From an uncultured Alphaproteobacteria bacterium (GTDB lineage: Bacteria; Pseudomonadota; Alphaproteobacteria; HIMB59; GCA-002718135): 64,000 nt of DNA. The first letter of the stretch is position 1. Each line of letters begins with the position of its first letter. The stretch is taken from assembly GCA_902574475.1 (NCBI GenBank), contig CACGNZ010000002.1:18161-82160 (forward strand). The letters are read 5' to 3'. This document shows positions 19,354-29,233 of the stretch, one piece after another. Made by a program: the position numbers and the translations under genes. A model generated the notes under the pieces. That model was not told where the DNA came from. It did not search any database and worked only from the letters and a program-made list of their open reading frames with translations.

Positions 19354-20052
19354 ATGAGAGTAGTAATTTTAACTTGTTATCCTGAGATGTTTCCTGGTTC
19401 ACTAGGATATTCTGTAATCGGAAATGCATTAAACAATAAAAAATTTTATCTCGAGATAGTCAATCTACATAATTTTGGAATTGACAAAAGAGGAAGTGTT
19501 GATGATGAACCTTTTGGGGGAGGCCCTGGAATGGTTATTCGTCCAGATGTGATTGAAAAAGCATTAAATTCAATCACTTTCAAAACCGATAATTACTGCA
19601 AAATTTTTCTAACACCATCAGGTCAGAAATTATCTCAAGCCAAACTTAATAATCTATCAAAACATGATGAAATGCTTATTTTATGCGGTAGATTTGAAGG
19701 GGTTGACCAAAGAGCTATAGAAATTCTTGATTTTCAGGAAATAAGTATCGGTGATTACGTCCTTTCTGGTGGTGAGATTGCTGCCCAGGTGTTAGTTGAA
19801 GGTTGTATTCGTCTCATTCCTGGAGTATTAGGGCAGCCACAAAGTTTATTAGAAGAATCTTTTTCTAATAATCTGCTTGAATATCCTCATTATACCAGAC
19901 CACAAACCTGGGAAGATATTCAGGGAAATAAACATGAAGTTCCAGATGTTTTAACATCAGGTCATCATGAAAAAATTGATAAATGGAGAAAAGAAAAATC
20001 GGTTGAAAAAACTAAAGAACTAAGACCAGATCTTTATAAAAAGGAAATATAA
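19354..20052 (+). CDS. trmD: tRNA (guanine37-N1)-methyltransferase
   Basis: 232 aa with [10 protein letters not shown] and LSGGEIAA motifs. Confidence 0.9.
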   Translation: MRVVILTCYPEMFPGSLGYSVIGNALNNKKFYLEIVNLHNFGIDKRGSVDDEPFGGGPGMVIRPDVIEKALNSITFKTDNYCKIFLTPSGQKLSQAKLNNLSKHDEMLILCGRFEGVDQRAIEILDFQEISIGDYVLSGGEIAAQVLVEGCIRLIPGVLGQPQSLLEESFSNNLLEYPHYTRPQTWEDIQGNKHEVPDVLTSGHHEKIDKWRKEKSVEKTKELRPDLYKKEI

Positions 20053-20053
20053 A

Positions 20054-20659
20054 ATGAGTAATTTATTAGAGACATTTGAAAAACAACAGATTGAAAAGTT
20101 AACTTCAAAAAAAAGAGTTCCTGCTTTTCGTCCAGGTGATACTTTAAAAGTTACTGTAAGAATTACAGAGGGAAGTAAGTCGAGACTTCAAGCATTTGAA
20201 GGTATTTGTATTGCAAGAAAAAATAATTCAGTAAACTCTAACTTTACTGTGAGAAAAATATCTCATGGAGAGGGTGTTGAAAGAGTATTCCCTTTATTCA
20301 GTCCATTAGTAGAAAAAATTGATGTTGTTAGAAAAGGCGATGTAAGAAGAGCTAAGCTATATTATCTAAGAGAATTATCTGGAAAGAAAGCAAGGATCGC
20401 AGATAAAGATAGGGGCGATGAAGCTGATCAATATGAATATATAGAGGAAGCTCCTCCGGTAGAAGAAAAAAAAACTGCAGATACAGATACAAATGCTGCA
20501 GAGGAACCAAAAGCTGAAGAGGTAGAAGCAAAACAAGCAGATACAAAAGCAGAAGAAGCAGAAGCCAAACCAGCAGAAGAATCTAAAGCAGAAGCTGCAG
20601 AGGAATCTAGTAAAGAAGAGGAAAAAGCAGCCGAAAATAAATCGGATGACAATAAATAA
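20054..20659 (+). CDS. rplS: 50S ribosomal protein L19 with a ~85-aa acidic C-terminal extension
   Basis: [13 protein letters not shown] core. 201 aa versus 115 aa in E. coli. The tail is rich in A/E/K/P and contains [12 protein letters not shown]. Confidence 0.9.
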   Translation: MSNLLETFEKQQIEKLTSKKRVPAFRPGDTLKVTVRITEGSKSRLQAFEGICIARKNNSVNSNFTVRKISHGEGVERVFPLFSPLVEKIDVVRKGDVRRAKLYYLRELSGKKARIADKDRGDEADQYEYIEEAPPVEEKKTADTDTNAAEEPKAEEVEAKQADTKAEEAEAKPAEESKAEAAEESSKEEEKAAENKSDDNK

Positions 20660-22049
20660 TCCTAAAACTCTTTTTGATAAAATTTGGGAACATCATCTTG
20701 TTGATAGACAAGAAGATGGAACTTGTCTTATATATATTGATAGACACCTTGTTCATGAAGTTACGAGCCCTCAAGCATTTGAAGGTTTAAGAAATAATAA
20801 TCGTAAAGTTAGAAGACCCGAAAGTACTTTTGCTGTAGCTGATCACAATGTTCCAACCTCAGATAGATCTAAAGGTATAGAAAATAAAGAAAGTAGAATT
20901 CAGGTTGAAACACTAGAAAAAAATTGCAAAGATTTTGATGTTACACTTTTTCCATTATTAGACAGCAGACAAGGTATAGTTCATATAGTTGGACCAGAAC
21001 AAGGCATTACTCAGCCAGGTATGACAATAGTTTGTGGTGATAGTCATACAGCAACACACGGAGCATTTGGTGCATTAGCTTTTGGTATCGGCACAAGCGA
21101 AGTTGAGCATGTATTAGCTACTCAGACCTTAATTCAAAAACCTGCAAAGAATATGCGAATTTCTGTTGAAGGTAAGTTAAACTTAGGTGTTACAGCAAAA
21201 GATATTATTCTTCATATAATAGGAAAAATAGGAACGGCTGGTGGAACTGGTTATGTTATTGAATATGCTGGTAATGCAATTTCCTCTCTTTCTATGGAAG
21301 GAAGAATGACAATCTGCAATATGAGTATTGAAGCAGGAGCTAGAGCTGGTTTAATCGCTCCTGATGAAAAAACTTTTGAATATATTAAAGGTAGACCGTA
21401 CGCTCCATCAGGAGATAATTGGAATAAAGCGGTAGAATTTTGGAAATCTCTTCCATCTGATGAGGGCGCAAAATATGATGAAGAAATTTTAATTAATGCT
21501 GAAGATATTTCACCACAAATTACTTGGGGCACAAGCCCACAAGACGTTGTTGCTATAGATGGTATAGTACCAAACCCACAAGAAGAGAGTAATCCGAATA
21601 GAAAGAGGGCTATGGAACGTTCTCTTGAATATATGGGTTTAGAACCCAAACAAGAAATACAAAAAATTAAAATTGATAAAGTATTTATTGGCTCTTGCAC
21701 TAATGGAAGAATTGAGGATTTAAGAGAAGTTGCCAAAGTTGTAGAGGGCAAAAAAGTTTCTGTTAACTCAATGATCGTTCCTGGTTCAGGTCTAGTTAAA
21801 AAACAAGCTGAAGAAGAAGGTTTAGATAAAATTTTTATTGAAGCAGGATTTGATTGGAGAGAGCCTGGTTGCTCTATGTGTTTAGCTATGAATCCAGATC
21901 AATTAAAACCGCAAGAAAGATGTGCATCAACATCAAATAGAAATTTTGAAGGTAGACAGGGTAGAGAAGGTAGAACACATCTTGTTAGTCCTGCAATAGC
22001 TGCTGCCTCTGCAATCAAAGGTTCTTTTGCAACAGCAGAGGATTTATAA
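20646..22049 (+). CDS. leuC: 3-isopropylmalate dehydratase large subunit
   Basis: 467 aa with VCGDSHT and CSMCLAMN cluster ligands. The start overlaps the rplS 3' end by 14 nt. Confidence 0.95.
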   Translation: MTINNPKTLFDKIWEHHLVDRQEDGTCLIYIDRHLVHEVTSPQAFEGLRNNNRKVRRPESTFAVADHNVPTSDRSKGIENKESRIQVETLEKNCKDFDVTLFPLLDSRQGIVHIVGPEQGITQPGMTIVCGDSHTATHGAFGALAFGIGTSEVEHVLATQTLIQKPAKNMRISVEGKLNLGVTAKDIILHIIGKIGTAGGTGYVIEYAGNAISSLSMEGRMTICNMSIEAGARAGLIAPDEKTFEYIKGRPYAPSGDNWNKAVEFWKSLPSDEGAKYDEEILINAEDISPQITWGTSPQDVVAIDGIVPNPQEESNPNRKRAMERSLEYMGLEPKQEIQKIKIDKVFIGSCTNGRIEDLREVAKVVEGKKVSVNSMIVPGSGLVKKQAEEEGLDKIFIEAGFDWREPGCSMCLAMNPDQLKPQERCASTSNRNFEGRQGREGRTHLVSPAIAAASAIKGSFATAEDL

Positions 22050-22652
22050 ATGGAATCATTTAAAACAATAATTGGTATCCCTGCACCACTACCAATGATT
22101 AATGTCGATACCGATATGATCATTCCAAAACAATTTTTGAAAACAATAAAGAGATCTGGTTTAGGAAAAAACTTATTTCATGAATTAAGATACGATATTC
22201 AAGGTAACATAAAGAATGATTTTGTTCTTAACTGGGACCCTTATAAAACTTCAAAAATTTTAATTGCTGGGGCAAATTTTGGTTGTGGATCAAGTAGAGA
22301 GCATGCACCATGGTCACTGTTAGATTTTGGTTTTAAGTCAATAATTGCACCAAGCTTCGCAGATATTTTCTATAATAATTGTTTTAAAAATGGAATACTG
22401 CCAATTAAGTTAGATCAACAAAAGGTAGATATATTAATGAACGAAGCAGAAAATAAAAATGATGTTTCAGTTGATTTAGAAAATCAAAAAATCACTTATC
22501 AAAATGATAAAACAATAGAATTTGAAATTGATGCATTTCGAAAAAAATGTTTGCTAGAGGGTTTGGATGATATTGGTTTGACGCTCCAAAAAAATAAAAA
22601 AATTGATGTTCACGAAGAAAAAATACACAGTATCCAACCTTGGATAGTGTAG
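22050..22652 (+). CDS. leuD: 3-isopropylmalate dehydratase small subunit
   Basis: 200 aa with [13 protein letters not shown]. Confidence 0.9.
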   Translation: MESFKTIIGIPAPLPMINVDTDMIIPKQFLKTIKRSGLGKNLFHELRYDIQGNIKNDFVLNWDPYKTSKILIAGANFGCGSSREHAPWSLLDFGFKSIIAPSFADIFYNNCFKNGILPIKLDQQKVDILMNEAENKNDVSVDLENQKITYQNDKTIEFEIDAFRKKCLLEGLDDIGLTLQKNKKIDVHEEKIHSIQPWIV

Positions 22653-22658
22653 TCAAAA

Positions 22659-23771
22659 ATGAGTAATAAAAAAATTTTAATTTTACCTGGTGATGGAATT
22701 GGCAATGAAGTTATGGCTGAGGTATTAAAAATCATTGATTGGATGGAAAAAACTAAATCTTTATCTTTTGATATATCTGAAAGATTAGTTGGTGGTACGG
22801 CATATGATAAAGAAGGTAATTCTATAAGTGATGAAACAATGCAAGTAGCTATGGATTGTGATGCAGTATTATTTGGTGCGGTAGGAGGCGCTAAATGGGA
22901 TAACGTAGAAAGAGATAAAAGACCTGAAGCAGCCTTATTAAGATTAAGAAAAGACCTTGATCTCTTTGCTAATCTAAGACCAGCTGTTGTTTTAGATGCT
23001 CTTTCAGATTCATCATCTTTAAAATCTGATCTTGTTAAAGGATTAGATATTTTGATAATAAGAGAGTTAACAAGTGGTGTATATTTTGGACAACCAAGAG
23101 GTATATCAAAAATTAGTGAGACTGAAAGTAAGGCAGTTGATACTCAACTGTATACCACATCAGAAGTTAATAGAGTTTCACGAGTGGCATTTGATTTAGC
23201 AAAGTTGCGTAATAATAAAGTTACATCAGTAGAAAAATCAAATGTAATGGAAACAGGTTTATTTTGGAAACAAACCGTAACAGATTTACATAAAAAGGAA
23301 TATTCTGATGTTAATCTAGAACACATGCTTGCAGATAATTGTGCAATGCAGTTAGTTCGTTATCCAAAACAATTTGATGTTATACTCACAGATAATTTAT
23401 TTGGCGATCTTTTAAGTGATACTGCAGCTATGCTAACAGGATCTTTAGGAATGCTTCCTTCAGCAGCTCTTGGACCAGTTAAAGAAAATGGAACTAGAGC
23501 AGCAATGTATGAGCCCGTTCATGGTAGCGCACCAGATATAGCTGGTCAATCTAAAGCAAACCCTTTAGCAATGATCATGAGCTTTGCTATGATGTTGAAA
23601 TATAGTTTTGATATGCAAGAAGATAGTCAAATGATTGAGAAAGCTGTACAGAATGTATTACTAAAAGGTTTAAGAACAGCTGATATAAAAGATGGAGCAG
23701 AAAAAATTATCTCAACTCAAGAAATGGGCAATGCTGTTATTGAAGAATTAAAAATTCTATCTGGAAATTAA
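22659..23771 (+). CDS. leuB: 3-isopropylmalate dehydrogenase
   Basis: 370 aa with the NLFGDLLSD signature. Confidence 0.95.
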   Translation: MSNKKILILPGDGIGNEVMAEVLKIIDWMEKTKSLSFDISERLVGGTAYDKEGNSISDETMQVAMDCDAVLFGAVGGAKWDNVERDKRPEAALLRLRKDLDLFANLRPAVVLDALSDSSSLKSDLVKGLDILIIRELTSGVYFGQPRGISKISETESKAVDTQLYTTSEVNRVSRVAFDLAKLRNNKVTSVEKSNVMETGLFWKQTVTDLHKKEYSDVNLEHMLADNCAMQLVRYPKQFDVILTDNLFGDLLSDTAAMLTGSLGMLPSAALGPVKENGTRAAMYEPVHGSAPDIAGQSKANPLAMIMSFAMMLKYSFDMQEDSQMIEKAVQNVLLKGLRTADIKDGAEKIISTQEMGNAVIEELKILSGN

Positions 23772-24815
23772 ATGACTCAAAAATATAATATAGCAGTAGC
23801 AGGAGCAACAGGTGCGGTAGGAACAGAAATAGTTCAAATATTAGAGCAAAGAGATTTTCCAATAGACAATTTATATTTACTTGCATCATCAAAATCAAAA
23901 GGCAAAAAAGTAGAGTTTAAAGATAAAGAAATTGTTGTAGAAGACTTATCAGAATTTGATTTTTCAAAAGCTCACATTGGTTTATTTTCACCTGGGGGTA
24001 AAATTTCTGCAGAATATGCACCAAAAGCAGCTAAAAAAGGATGTATTGTTATAGACAATACCTCTCATTTTCGAATGCAACAAAATATTCCTTTAATCGT
24101 TCCTGAAGTAAACGCTAATGCACTTGATGAATTTTTTGATGATGAAAACAGAACTAATATTATTTCAAATCCTAACTGTTCAACTATACAAATGGTTGTT
24201 GCATTAAAACCACTTCATGAAAAAGCAATTATAAACAGAGTTGTTGTATCAACATATCAAGCTGTTTCTGGAGCAGGTAAAACAGGTATGGATGAATTAT
24301 TTAATCAGACCCAAAATGTTTATGCAAATCAAGAATTAAAAAAAGAAAAGTTTACAAAACAAATTGCTTTTAATGCCATTCCACACATTGGAGCTTTTTT
24401 AGAAAATGGTAATACTGAAGAAGAGCAAAAAATGATTGATGAAACAAAAAAAATTCTAGACGAGGGAATTAATGTTTCAGCAACTTGTGTTAGAACAGCT
24501 GTATTTATTGGCCATTCAGAGGCTGTAAATATAGAGTTTGACTCACCATTAGATGAAAAAGAAGCTAACGAAATATTATCTAACTCTGAAGGTATTTCAG
24601 TAATTGATCATCGAAAAGATGAGGGTTATGTGACTCCTGTTGAAATTGCAGGAGAGGATAAAGTTTATATTAGTAGAATTAGAAATGATCAATCAATAGA
24701 TAATGGTTTGAATCTATGGGTAGTTTCAGATAATCTGCGCAAAGGAGCAGCACTAAATGCTGTTCAAATTGCTGAGTTAGTAATTGAAAAGTACTCAGAA
24801 AAAATAACTATTTAA
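23772..24815 (+). CDS. asd: Aspartate-semialdehyde dehydrogenase
   Basis: 347 aa. GATGAVG NAD-binding motif and the NPNCSTIQ catalytic Cys block. Confidence 0.9.
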   Translation: MTQKYNIAVAGATGAVGTEIVQILEQRDFPIDNLYLLASSKSKGKKVEFKDKEIVVEDLSEFDFSKAHIGLFSPGGKISAEYAPKAAKKGCIVIDNTSHFRMQQNIPLIVPEVNANALDEFFDDENRTNIISNPNCSTIQMVVALKPLHEKAIINRVVVSTYQAVSGAGKTGMDELFNQTQNVYANQELKKEKFTKQIAFNAIPHIGAFLENGNTEEEQKMIDETKKILDEGINVSATCVRTAVFIGHSEAVNIEFDSPLDEKEANEILSNSEGISVIDHRKDEGYVTPVEIAGEDKVYISRIRNDQSIDNGLNLWVVSDNLRKGAALNAVQIAELVIEKYSEKITI

Positions 24816-24816
24816 T

Positions 24817-24891
24817 TGGCGGTCTCGTAGGGACTCGAACCCCAAATCCATGTTCCGAAGACACGTGTGATATCCATTTCACCACGAGACC
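24817..24891 (-). tRNA. tRNA-Arg, anticodon UCG
   Basis: Hand-folded cloverleaf from GGTCTCGTGGTGAAATGGATATCACACGTGTCTTCGGAACATGGATTTGGGGTTCGAGTCCCTACGAGACCGCCA. The 7-bp acceptor is GGTCTCG/CGAGACC, the D stem GTGA/TCAC, and the anticodon stem CGTGT/ACATG with loop CTTCGGA. The T arm is TGGGG-TTCGAGT-CCCTA, with encoded CCA and an A at D-loop position 20 consistent with Arg identity. Confidence 0.8.
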
Positions 24892-24921
24892 TTTTATTTA
24901 TGAAACATTATATAGTATAAA

Positions 24922-25722
24922 TTGATCCTAAAAAATAATATGTCATTTTATCTATCTAAAATTATTTGGTTAATTTTAAATCCTTTTAATCTTTTTATTT
25001 TCATTACTTTGTTTTCAATTTCTTTATATTTTTTTAATTTGAGAAGATTAAGTTTAATTATTTTTTTGATTAACTTTATACTTATTGCATTCATTTCTTT
25101 CATCCCTATTGGAAGTTTTCTTATTTACAAACTTGAAAAAGAATATCATTCAAATATAAAAATTCCCGAAATAGTGGATGGTATACTGATACTTGGTGGT
25201 GCAACAGATCCATTACTTTTTAAAGAATATGATCAAATAAGTCTAAATGGTTCTGCTGAAAGATTAGTTGAATCTGTACCTATTATTAAAAAATTTGATA
25301 AAGCTAAAGTTATTTTTAGTGGTGGATCAGGTATTATAAATAGACCTGATCTCGGTCATTCACAAGTTGCTAAATCTTTTTACAAAAAAATAGGCATAGA
25401 AATCGACCAAATAATTTTTGAAGATCAGTCAAGAAATACTTATGAGAATATAATTTATTCAAAAAAAATCGCTAATCCAAAAATAAATGAAAATTGGTTA
25501 TTAATAACTTCTGCCTCACATATGAAAAGAGCATTACTTATTGCAGATAAACACAATTGGAAATTAATTCCCTATGCAGTAGATTTTAAAAATATTAAAA
25601 ACTTTAAATTTATACCTAACCTTAAATTATTAAAAAATCTAAATACATTCCAACAAGGATCACATGAATGGCTGGGTTTAATTTCGTATTATTTAATGGG
25701 AAGAACTACCAAAGTTTTCTAA
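24922..25722 (+). CDS. DUF218 / YdcF (ElyC-like) family membrane protein
   Basis: 266 aa with N-terminal TM helices and ILILGG...FSGGSG...SRNTYENI...TSASHMKRA blocks. The tracked start is TTG 24922; the alternative ATG is at 24940. Confidence 0.65.
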   Translation: MILKNNMSFYLSKIIWLILNPFNLFIFITLFSISLYFFNLRRLSLIIFLINFILIAFISFIPIGSFLIYKLEKEYHSNIKIPEIVDGILILGGATDPLLFKEYDQISLNGSAERLVESVPIIKKFDKAKVIFSGGSGIINRPDLGHSQVAKSFYKKIGIEIDQIIFEDQSRNTYENIIYSKKIANPKINENWLLITSASHMKRALLIADKHNWKLIPYAVDFKNIKNFKFIPNLKLLKNLNTFQQGSHEWLGLISYYLMGRTTKVF

Positions 25723-26625
25723 TTTTTTAATAAAATCTTTTAAAATTGGATCTCTTTTGATTTCATAGACTATTTTAATTGGGTGCCTTTTTTTATCTGA
25801 AGCCCATTTCATATCATCTAAAAGAATTGGAGATGGAATTGTGTTAGTTGGTGCCCAGTCTTCGTTTAAGATATAACCAACTGCTGCCATATCCCAAATT
25901 TCTTTTGACCAGCCTTTATGGATACTATTGTACTCTTTAAATCGCATTGCTAGAAATTTACCGATTTCACCATGAGGTTCGATGTATTTTTCTATTTCTG
26001 GAACTGTTGAAATAAGATGTGAAGTTACTCCTTTACAAGGAACCATAACGAGAGAAACACCGCTATCAAATAAAACTTGAGCACCTCCAATATCTTGCTT
26101 CAAATTAAATTCCAAATTTTGTGGCCAATAAAGCGCATTACCTCCTAACCAAACTACAACAAGTTTTTTTATAATTTCTGGTTCTTTTAATAATGCCGAG
26201 GCAACATTTGAAATAGCGCCGATAGCTAATACGTATAGAGGATCTTCTTCAGAACATTTTAAAGCACTTTCTATGATATTATCTGCTGCAGGCGAATTAA
26301 TTGGTTTTTTTTCAAAACCTACATATTTTGTTGAGCCTTTAAAAACAAAATTATTTTTTTTAAAATTTATTTTTTCTAACAACCGAAAGATTTCATCATA
26401 ACTAACCTCCATTCCCTTTTTTGGATTATCCGAACGATTATTCATTGAAAAAGGAGCTGCATTTATACTTTGCACTTCAATTTTTTCTTTTGAAAACAAC
26501 ATTTGCACTAAAGCAAATTGATCATCAATTTCATTGTAGGTATCTGTATCAAGAATTGCTTTAATTTTCCCTTTTTTAAACTTAAGTTGTTTTAAAATAT
26601 CTGAAAAATCTCTTTCTAAAAGCAT
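25693..26625 (-). CDS. Nucleoside hydrolase (IUNH family)
   Basis: 310 aa. The N-terminal DTDTYNEIDDQFAL equals the DxDxxxDD metal-binding signature. Confidence 0.75.
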   Translation of the reverse strand: MLLERDFSDILKQLKFKKGKIKAILDTDTYNEIDDQFALVQMLFSKEKIEVQSINAAPFSMNNRSDNPKKGMEVSYDEIFRLLEKINFKKNNFVFKGSTKYVGFEKKPINSPAADNIIESALKCSEEDPLYVLAIGAISNVASALLKEPEIIKKLVVVWLGGNALYWPQNLEFNLKQDIGGAQVLFDSGVSLVMVPCKGVTSHLISTVPEIEKYIEPHGEIGKFLAMRFKEYNSIHKGWSKEIWDMAAVGYILNEDWAPTNTIPSPILLDDMKWASDKKRHPIKIVYEIKRDPILKDFIKKLENFGSSSH

Positions 26626-26633
26626 ATCTTAAT

Positions 26634-27227
26634 TTACCAAGAACTATTCGGTTGTGTTAAAAATACCTCTTCTTCATTTGTTGATTTTCTATTTAGTATT
26701 TTATTTCTATGCGGATACCTTCCAAATTTTTTAATTGCAACGCTATGATCATTCCAAGCTTTTTTAATATTAGTATATTCTGAATGATTGTTTAAATATT
26801 GATCGACTAATTTATGACCAAGTTCATGATCCATGATATCCTCACTATGAATTAATGGCAGTAATAAAAAATGTATTTTATCAATTTCTAGGCTATCTAA
26901 ATATCTTTTATTTATTGCTTCTTTAACAATTAAAACACACTTAGTATCCTGGTCATAAGCATTTGAATTATTTCTGAAAAAATTTCTTGATAGTTGATCA
27001 AGTAATATAATCAAAGCTACACATTCTTCAGCATCATTTCTCCAATTATCATACTCATGATTAATAGCCTTAATGTAATCATCCATAAAACTACTTTTCA
27101 ATATATTATCAAATTCATCATCTTTTTTAAACCACTGCTCAAGTGGAGTTTTAATGAAACAAAATTCTAGAATAGCTTTAGCTCTTTCATTAATCACAGA
27201 GCTGTAATATAAATATATATCTTCCAA
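26634..27227 (-). CDS. DUF924 family protein
   Basis: 197 aa with WF..D.EFD, LLDQLSRNFFR and GRYPHRN blocks typical of DUF924. Confidence 0.7.
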   Translation of the reverse strand: MEDIYLYYSSVINERAKAILEFCFIKTPLEQWFKKDDEFDNILKSSFMDDYIKAINHEYDNWRNDAEECVALIILLDQLSRNFFRNNSNAYDQDTKCVLIVKEAINKRYLDSLEIDKIHFLLLPLIHSEDIMDHELGHKLVDQYLNNHSEYTNIKKAWNDHSVAIKKFGRYPHRNKILNRKSTNEEEVFLTQPNSSW

Positions 27228-27899
27228 ATGACATTAAGTAATTTAAACAAATCCATTATTCATTGCAGAAAATGTGAACGCTTAGTTAACTTCCGCGAAA
27301 AAATTGCTAAAGAAAAAAGAAAACAATATATTGATCAAAGTTATTGGGGTAAGCCAATTACTGGTTATGGAGATGAAAAAGCTAAATTATTAATGGTAGG
27401 TCTTGCGCCAGCAGCACATGGAGGAAATAGAACTGGCCGAGTTTTTACAGGTGATAAATCTGCAGATTTTTTATTTTCCTGTTTATATAAAACTGGATTT
27501 GCAAACCAACCAGATTCAGTAGATAGAGGTGACGGTTTAGAACTTCAAAATATGTACTTAACTACTGCTCTTAAATGTGTACCCCCAGAAGATAAACCCA
27601 CTTCACAAGAATTGAAAACATGTTTTAATTTTTTTAATCAAGAAATTGCTTTCTTAAAAAAAATAAAAGTCATTGTTGCCCTTGGTAAAATTGGTCATGA
27701 CGCCTGTGTAAATTATTATAAGCAACAATATGAAATACGAAATAAAGATTTTATTTTCTCTCACGGATCTATGAATATTTTACCCGATAAGAAAATTTTA
27801 GTTGGTAGTTATCATCCAAGCCCACGAAATGTTAACACAGGAAGAATAGATAAAAGTAAAATGGTAAAGCTTTTAAATAGTATTAAAAAATTGCTTTAA
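27228..27899 (+). CDS. Uracil-DNA glycosylase, family 4/5 type
   Basis: 223 aa with GLAPAAHGGNRTGRVFTGD (motif A) and HPSPRN (motif B). Confidence 0.8.
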   Translation: MTLSNLNKSIIHCRKCERLVNFREKIAKEKRKQYIDQSYWGKPITGYGDEKAKLLMVGLAPAAHGGNRTGRVFTGDKSADFLFSCLYKTGFANQPDSVDRGDGLELQNMYLTTALKCVPPEDKPTSQELKTCFNFFNQEIAFLKKIKVIVALGKIGHDACVNYYKQQYEIRNKDFIFSHGSMNILPDKKILVGSYHPSPRNVNTGRIDKSKMVKLLNSIKKLL

Positions 27900-27905
27900 A
27901 CTATA

Positions 27906-29096
27906 ATGAAAAAATTTTTTTTAAATGATCCTAATCTCTTAGTATACGGATTTGTCATGGTCTTCTTTGCAAGTTTTGGACAGACTTTTTACATTGCATT
28001 ATTTAACGATGATATTCGAAATCTATATAAAATTACAGATGGTGAGTTTGGATTAGTTTATGCCATAGCAACGCTTGTAAGTTCATTTTTATTTATAAAC
28101 TTTGCTAAATTAATAGATAAAATTGATTTAAGATTATACTCCATAGGTATTATCCTTGGTTTAGCTTTTGCTTGCATTGGTTTTTATTTTATTTTCGATA
28201 ATATTTTTCATCTTTTTCTTATTTTATTTTTATTACGTTTTTTTGGACAGGGAGCTATGACACATGCCGGCTCAACTTCAATGGCAAGATATTTTTTAAT
28301 TGATAGAGGTAAGGCAATATCTGTTGCAACACTTGGAGGAATGTTAGGTATAATGTTTTTACCAAAGATTATCGTTAATTTGGACTCATACTTTAATTTT
28401 AAAACTCTTTGGTTTTTAACAACTTTGACTCTTTTGATCTTAATTCCAATAATATACTTTATTCTTCATAATCAAAAAAGCAGGGATGCTGCACTTAAAA
28501 AAAATATTGATAATGAGAAAACACATAAAAGTTGGACCATTACAGAAATTTTAAAAGACCGAGTTTTTTTTATCTATTTTCCATTAGCCGCATCCTTTCC
28601 ATTTATTGGTACAGGGTTAATGTTTCATCAGATTTATATTTTTGATGCAAAAGGATGGACAATGGAAATGCTAGGGAATGGTTATATATATTTCGGATTA
28701 TTCTCTATTTTAGGATTATTAATAGGAGGACCCTTAATAGATAAGATAAATACAAAGAAAGCAATACCTTTTGTGCTATTACCTTTGTTAGTATGTATCA
28801 CCATTCTTTTTTTCTTTAATAATTATTGGTCATTCGTGCTTTACATGTCTTTATTTGGATTTAACTTAGGTTTATCAGCACCGTTTATGGGATCACTGTG
28901 GGCGGAAATATATGGAGTGAAAAGTATTGGAACTGCTAAAGCTTTACTGCACGCAGTTGGAGTTTTTGCGAGCGCCTTATCGCCTGTTGTTTTTGGTTAT
29001 ATTATTGATTGGGGTTATGGAATATCAGTTATATTTTTTATCAGCTCCATAATGATTGTTGTATCATCAATTTTACCTATAATTTATAAAACATGA
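27906..29096 (+). CDS. MFS transporter
   Basis: 396 aa with about 12 hydrophobic segments. Confidence 0.7.
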   Translation: MKKFFLNDPNLLVYGFVMVFFASFGQTFYIALFNDDIRNLYKITDGEFGLVYAIATLVSSFLFINFAKLIDKIDLRLYSIGIILGLAFACIGFYFIFDNIFHLFLILFLLRFFGQGAMTHAGSTSMARYFLIDRGKAISVATLGGMLGIMFLPKIIVNLDSYFNFKTLWFLTTLTLLILIPIIYFILHNQKSRDAALKKNIDNEKTHKSWTITEILKDRVFFIYFPLAASFPFIGTGLMFHQIYIFDAKGWTMEMLGNGYIYFGLFSILGLLIGGPLIDKINTKKAIPFVLLPLLVCITILFFFNNYWSFVLYMSLFGFNLGLSAPFMGSLWAEIYGVKSIGTAKALLHAVGVFASALSPVVFGYIIDWGYGISVIFFISSIMIVVSSILPIIYKT

Positions 29097-29233
29097 ATAA
29101 ACAAATAATGGAGAGTCTTAATTTTCTAATCAAGGAATACAGAAGATTAATAAAGAAAAAAGAAGATAAAAGCATCAGCAGTGGTGAATTAGAAACTTTA
29201 AAACAACTTGAACAGTACTTAGGTAAAAAATAA
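29093..29233 (+). CDS. Candidate 46-aa helical small protein, translationally coupled on both sides (not in ORF track)
   Basis: Its ATG (29093) overlaps the MFS stop as ATGA, and its TAA (29231-33) overlaps the zapE ATG as TAATG. Hand translation: MNKQIMESLNFLIKEYRRLIKKKEDKSISSGELETLKQLEQYLGKK*. It fills an otherwise 136-nt gap in a genome with almost no spacers. Confidence 0.45.
   Translation: MNKQIMESLNFLIKEYRRLIKKKEDKSISSGELETLKQLEQYLGKK

Noticed and set aside
25693-25722. Convergent CDS overlaps: 30 nt for DUF218/nucleoside hydrolase, 4 nt for lpdA/DUF1737 (43527-43530), and 4 nt for atpC/amidohydrolase (53348-53351).
   Set aside because: They are consistent with the general compaction of this genome and do not themselves indicate antisense regulation. 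They are noted only as context.
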